From Antechinus flavipes (Eukaryota): a stretch of 64,000 nucleotides of DNA. Both the position numbers and the translations under genes were made by a program. How positions within the stretch are numbered: the first letter of the stretch is position 1; each line of letters opens with the position of its first letter. Shown one piece after another: positions 61,901 through 64,000 of the stretch. The notes beneath the pieces were generated by a model. It was not told the origin of the DNA. It saw nothing but the letters and a program-made list of their open reading frames with translations, and did no database searches. The DNA lies in contig NC_067404.1 in NCBI RefSeq assembly GCF_016432865.1, positions 85,498,001 to 85,562,000 of the forward strand. Reading direction: 5' to 3'.

Positions 61901-64000
61901 AATCATAGGCACACCCCCAATGGAAATGAGGGGCAGAGATCCCCAATGAAGATCAGAGGCAGAGATCATCAATGAAGATCAAGGGTGGAAGCCCTGCCAT
62001 GGAAATGAGAGTCAGAGATCCCTAATGAAGATCAGAAGTAGACCCCCCATGGAGAGGAGAGGCAGAGATCCCCATTAAAGATCAGAGGGAAAGATCCCCA
62101 ATGAAGATCAAGGGTGGAAGCCCTGCCATGAGAGACAGCAAATGAAGATAAGAGGCAGACACCGTAAGGAAATGAGAGGTAGAGATTCCCAATGAAGATC
62201 AGAGGTTAGACCCCCCCATGGAAATGAGATGCAGAGATCCCGATTGAAGATAAGAAGCAGACCCAACATGGAAATGAGAGGCAGAAATCCCGAATGAAGA
62301 TCAGAGGCAGAGATCATCAATGAAGATCAAGGGTGGAAGCCCTGCCATGGAAATGAGAGTCAGAGATCCTTAATGAAGATAAGAGGTAGACGCCCCATGG
62401 AGAGGAGAGGCAGAGATGGCGATGAAGATGAGAAGTAGAAATTCCCAATGAAGATCAGACAAAGAACGCCCATGGAAACGAGAGACAGAGATCCCCAATG
62501 AAGATCAGAGGCAGAGATCCCCAAAGTAGATCAATGGTGGAAGCGCTGCCATGGAAATGAGAGTCAGAGATAGCAAATGAAGATCAGAAGCAGACCCCCT
62601 ATGGAAATGAGAGGCAGAGATCCCCAATGACGAGTAGAGGCAGAGATCCCCAAATGAGGTTCAAGGGTGGAACTCAAACTATGGAAATGAAAGCAGAGAT
62701 CCCCAATGAAGTTCAGACGAAGAACGCCCATGGAAATGAGAGGCAGAGATCCCTAATGAAGAATAGAGGCAGAGAGGTCCCCAATAAAAATCATAGGCAC
62801 ACCCCCAATGGAAATGAGGCGCAGAGATCCCCAATGAAGATCAGAGGCAGACATCATCAATGAAGATCAAGGGTGGAAGCCCTGCCATGGAAATGAGAGT
62901 CAGAGATCCCTAATGAAGATCAGAGGTAGACCCCCCATGGAGAGGAGAGGCAGAGATGGCGATGAAGATGAGAAATAGAGATTCCCAATGAAGATCAGAC
63001 GAAGAACACCCATGGAAATGAGAGGCAGAGATCCCCAATGAAGATCAGAGGGAAAGATCCCCAATGAAGATCAAGGGTGGAAGCCCTGCCATGAGAGACA
63101 GCAAATGAAGATAAGAGGCAGACACCGTAAGGAAATGAGAGGCAGAGATCCCCAAGTTCACAGGTAGATCACCCATGGAAATGAGAGGCAGAGATGGCGA
63201 TGAAGATGAGAAGTAGAGATTCCCAATGAAGATCAGATGAAGAACGTCCATGGAAATGAGAGGGAGAGATCCCCAATGAAGATCTGAGGCAGACCCAACA
63301 TGGAAATGAGAGGCAGAGATCCCCAATGAATATTAGAGGCAGAGAGATCCCCAGTGAAGATCAAGAGTGGAACCCAAGCCATGGAAATGATAGGCAGAGA
63401 TCCCCAAAGAAGTTCACAGGTAGACCACCCATGGAAATGAGAGGCAGAGATCCCTAATGAAGAATAGAGGCAGAGAGGTCCCCAATAAAAATCATAGGCA
63501 CACCCCCAATGGAAATGAGGGGCAGAGATCCCCAATGAAGATCAGAGGCAGAGATCATCAATGAAGATCAAGGGTGGAAGCCCTGCCATGGAAATGAGAG
63601 TCAGAGATCCCTAATGAAGATCAGAAGTAGACCCCCCATGGAAATGAGACGCAGAGATCCCGAATGAAGATAAGAGGCAGACCCCCTAAGGAAATGAGAA
63701 GCAGAGATCCCCAATGAACATCCCAGGTTAGACCCCCCATGGAAATGAGAGGCAGAGATCCCCAGTGAAGATCAGAGGGAAAGATCCCCAATGAAGATCA
63801 AGGGTGGAAGCCCTGCCATGGAAATGAGAGTCAGAGATCCCTAATGGAGATCAGAGGTAGACCCCACATGGAAAGGAGAGGCAGAGATGGCGATGAAGAT
63901 GAGAAATGGAGATTCCCAATGAAGATCAGACAAAGGACGCCCATGAAAATGAGAGGCAGAGATCCCCAATGACGATCAGAGGCAGAGTTCCCCAGTGGAG
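43950..64000. repeat. Large satellite array (>=20 kb) of 25-28-bp subunits with higher-order structure
   Basis: Subunits gaaatgagaggcagagatccccaat, gaagatcagaggcagagatccccaat and gaagatcaagggtggaagccctgccatg. Near-identical ORF-track peptides recur at offsets of ~370, 2117, ~6050-6160 and ~8190 bp. Degenerate left edge at ~43850-44100; array runs off the window. Confidence 0.97.

Noticed and set aside
43950-64000. Array as a CRISPR locus, as RSX itself, or as a family of small repeated proteins
   Set aside because: Eukaryotic context with no unique spacers or cas genes. RSX is reported near PHF6/HPRT1, which are absent here, and I cannot match its monomer from memory. The recurring 60-175-aa ORFs are repeat translations with non-ATG starts and frequent stops.

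Overview
Vertebrate genomic DNA, almost certainly therian X chromosome and probably marsupial (the L1 and LTR sequences look dasyurid-like; species is inference). Gene order matches human Xp11.22: IQSEC2 5' exons (- strand, long- and short-isoform first exons), RIBC1 (+, complete) and HSD17B10 (-, complete). SMC1A, which lies head-to-head with RIBC1 in eutherians, is not present as an intact gene. Only a frameshifted fossil of its exon 1 survives (23765-23876, -). Distal to HSD17B10 is a minisatellite carrying a 5'-truncated L1 and a solo LTR. Next is an 11-exon, phase-consistent, stop-free minus-strand gene (36281-43582) encoding >=1450 aa with three tandem trypsin-fold domains that all lack the catalytic Ser, a ~740-aa Pro/Trp-rich linker with a 45-bp coding VNTR, and a hydrophobic C-terminus. 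Its 5' exons are not in the window. The last ~20 kb is a purine-rich satellite of 25-28-bp subunits with nested higher-order periods (~0.37, 2.1, 6.1, 8.2 kb), apparently inside an intron of that gene. Exon boundaries were read by hand from GT/AG signals and frame arithmetic; homology calls rest on recalled protein sequences, not database searches.
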